A stretch of 64,000 nt of DNA from Chiloscyllium plagiosum (lineage: Eukaryota). Below the pieces are notes generated by a model. It ran no database searches. It worked only from the letters and a program-made list of their open reading frames with translations, and had not been told where the DNA came from. The DNA is taken from contig NC_057753.1 in NCBI RefSeq assembly GCF_004010195.1, forward strand, positions 101,439 to 165,438, written 5' to 3'. A program made the translations under genes and the position numbers. Each line of letters begins with the position of its first letter. Position 1 is the stretch's first letter. Shown one piece after another: positions 63,602-64,000 of this stretch.

Positions 63602-63842
63602 TTGTGTGTGTGTGTGCAGGTGTGAGACACAAGGTGCACAAATCTTTATTCAAGTTCCCACCATCAGCAAGAAAGGAAACACCAGGGTGCCCAGTGGCAA
63701 GCACTGCCCTTCACATCAAAGGGCAGTGCTGCGTGATCAAACAGTGGAGGGCAGGGGTTAAATCAAAAGAGAGTTGGAGGGGGAAATAATACACTCCACT
63801 CCCTGCGGCGCCCACCTCTCCCTGAACAACTCTAGGGTGTTG
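63602..63842 (-). mobile_element. 5'-truncated L1/Tx1-like LINE 3' end
   Basis: Minus strand NTLELFRERWAPQGVECIISPSNSLLI*, AATAAA, CA-rich tail; 12-bp TSD gttcttatgttt. Confidence 0.65.
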
Positions 63843-64000
63843 GTTCTTATGTTTATAACAGTTAATGGCGGTTTCAAACTAAATTTGATTACTTGCGCCA
63901 ATCCAGAGTTTGCGACGTTGCAACAGTGACTACATTTGGAAGCAGCTCATTGGTTGTTAAATGTTTATGGTTGTAAAAGGCGCTATAGAAATGCAACAAG

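Overview
Repeat-dense vertebrate genomic DNA, most likely from a cartilaginous fish (shark): it is dominated by HE1-like V-SINEs and HER1/CR1 LINE fragments. The taxon is inferred from repeat families recognised from memory, not from a search. The genic content is a small cluster of effector-less C2H2 zinc-finger genes. There are three intact single-coding-exon ORFs that all start MEKPWKC (10 fingers on -, 35927-36769; 9 fingers on +, 41314-42072; 8 fingers on +, 56338-57012) and one decayed finger remnant (about 3.7-4.3 kb). A homologous promoter plus non-coding first-exon cassette (CCAAT boxes, ETS, NRF1-like sites, two conserved uORFs, GTGAGT donor) occurs three times; the middle copy is internally duplicated and sits between a head-to-head gene pair. 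An 8.3-kb satellite grown from a 52-bp SINE-internal unit abuts one gene's stop codon and has a near-perfect 209-bp four-monomer higher-order core. Two Penelope-like element families carry minimal hammerhead-ribozyme motifs and often insert as fold-back inverted repeats. Also present: solo LTRs (some nested), a Rex1/Babar RT fragment, Tx1-like 3' ends and four assembly gaps.
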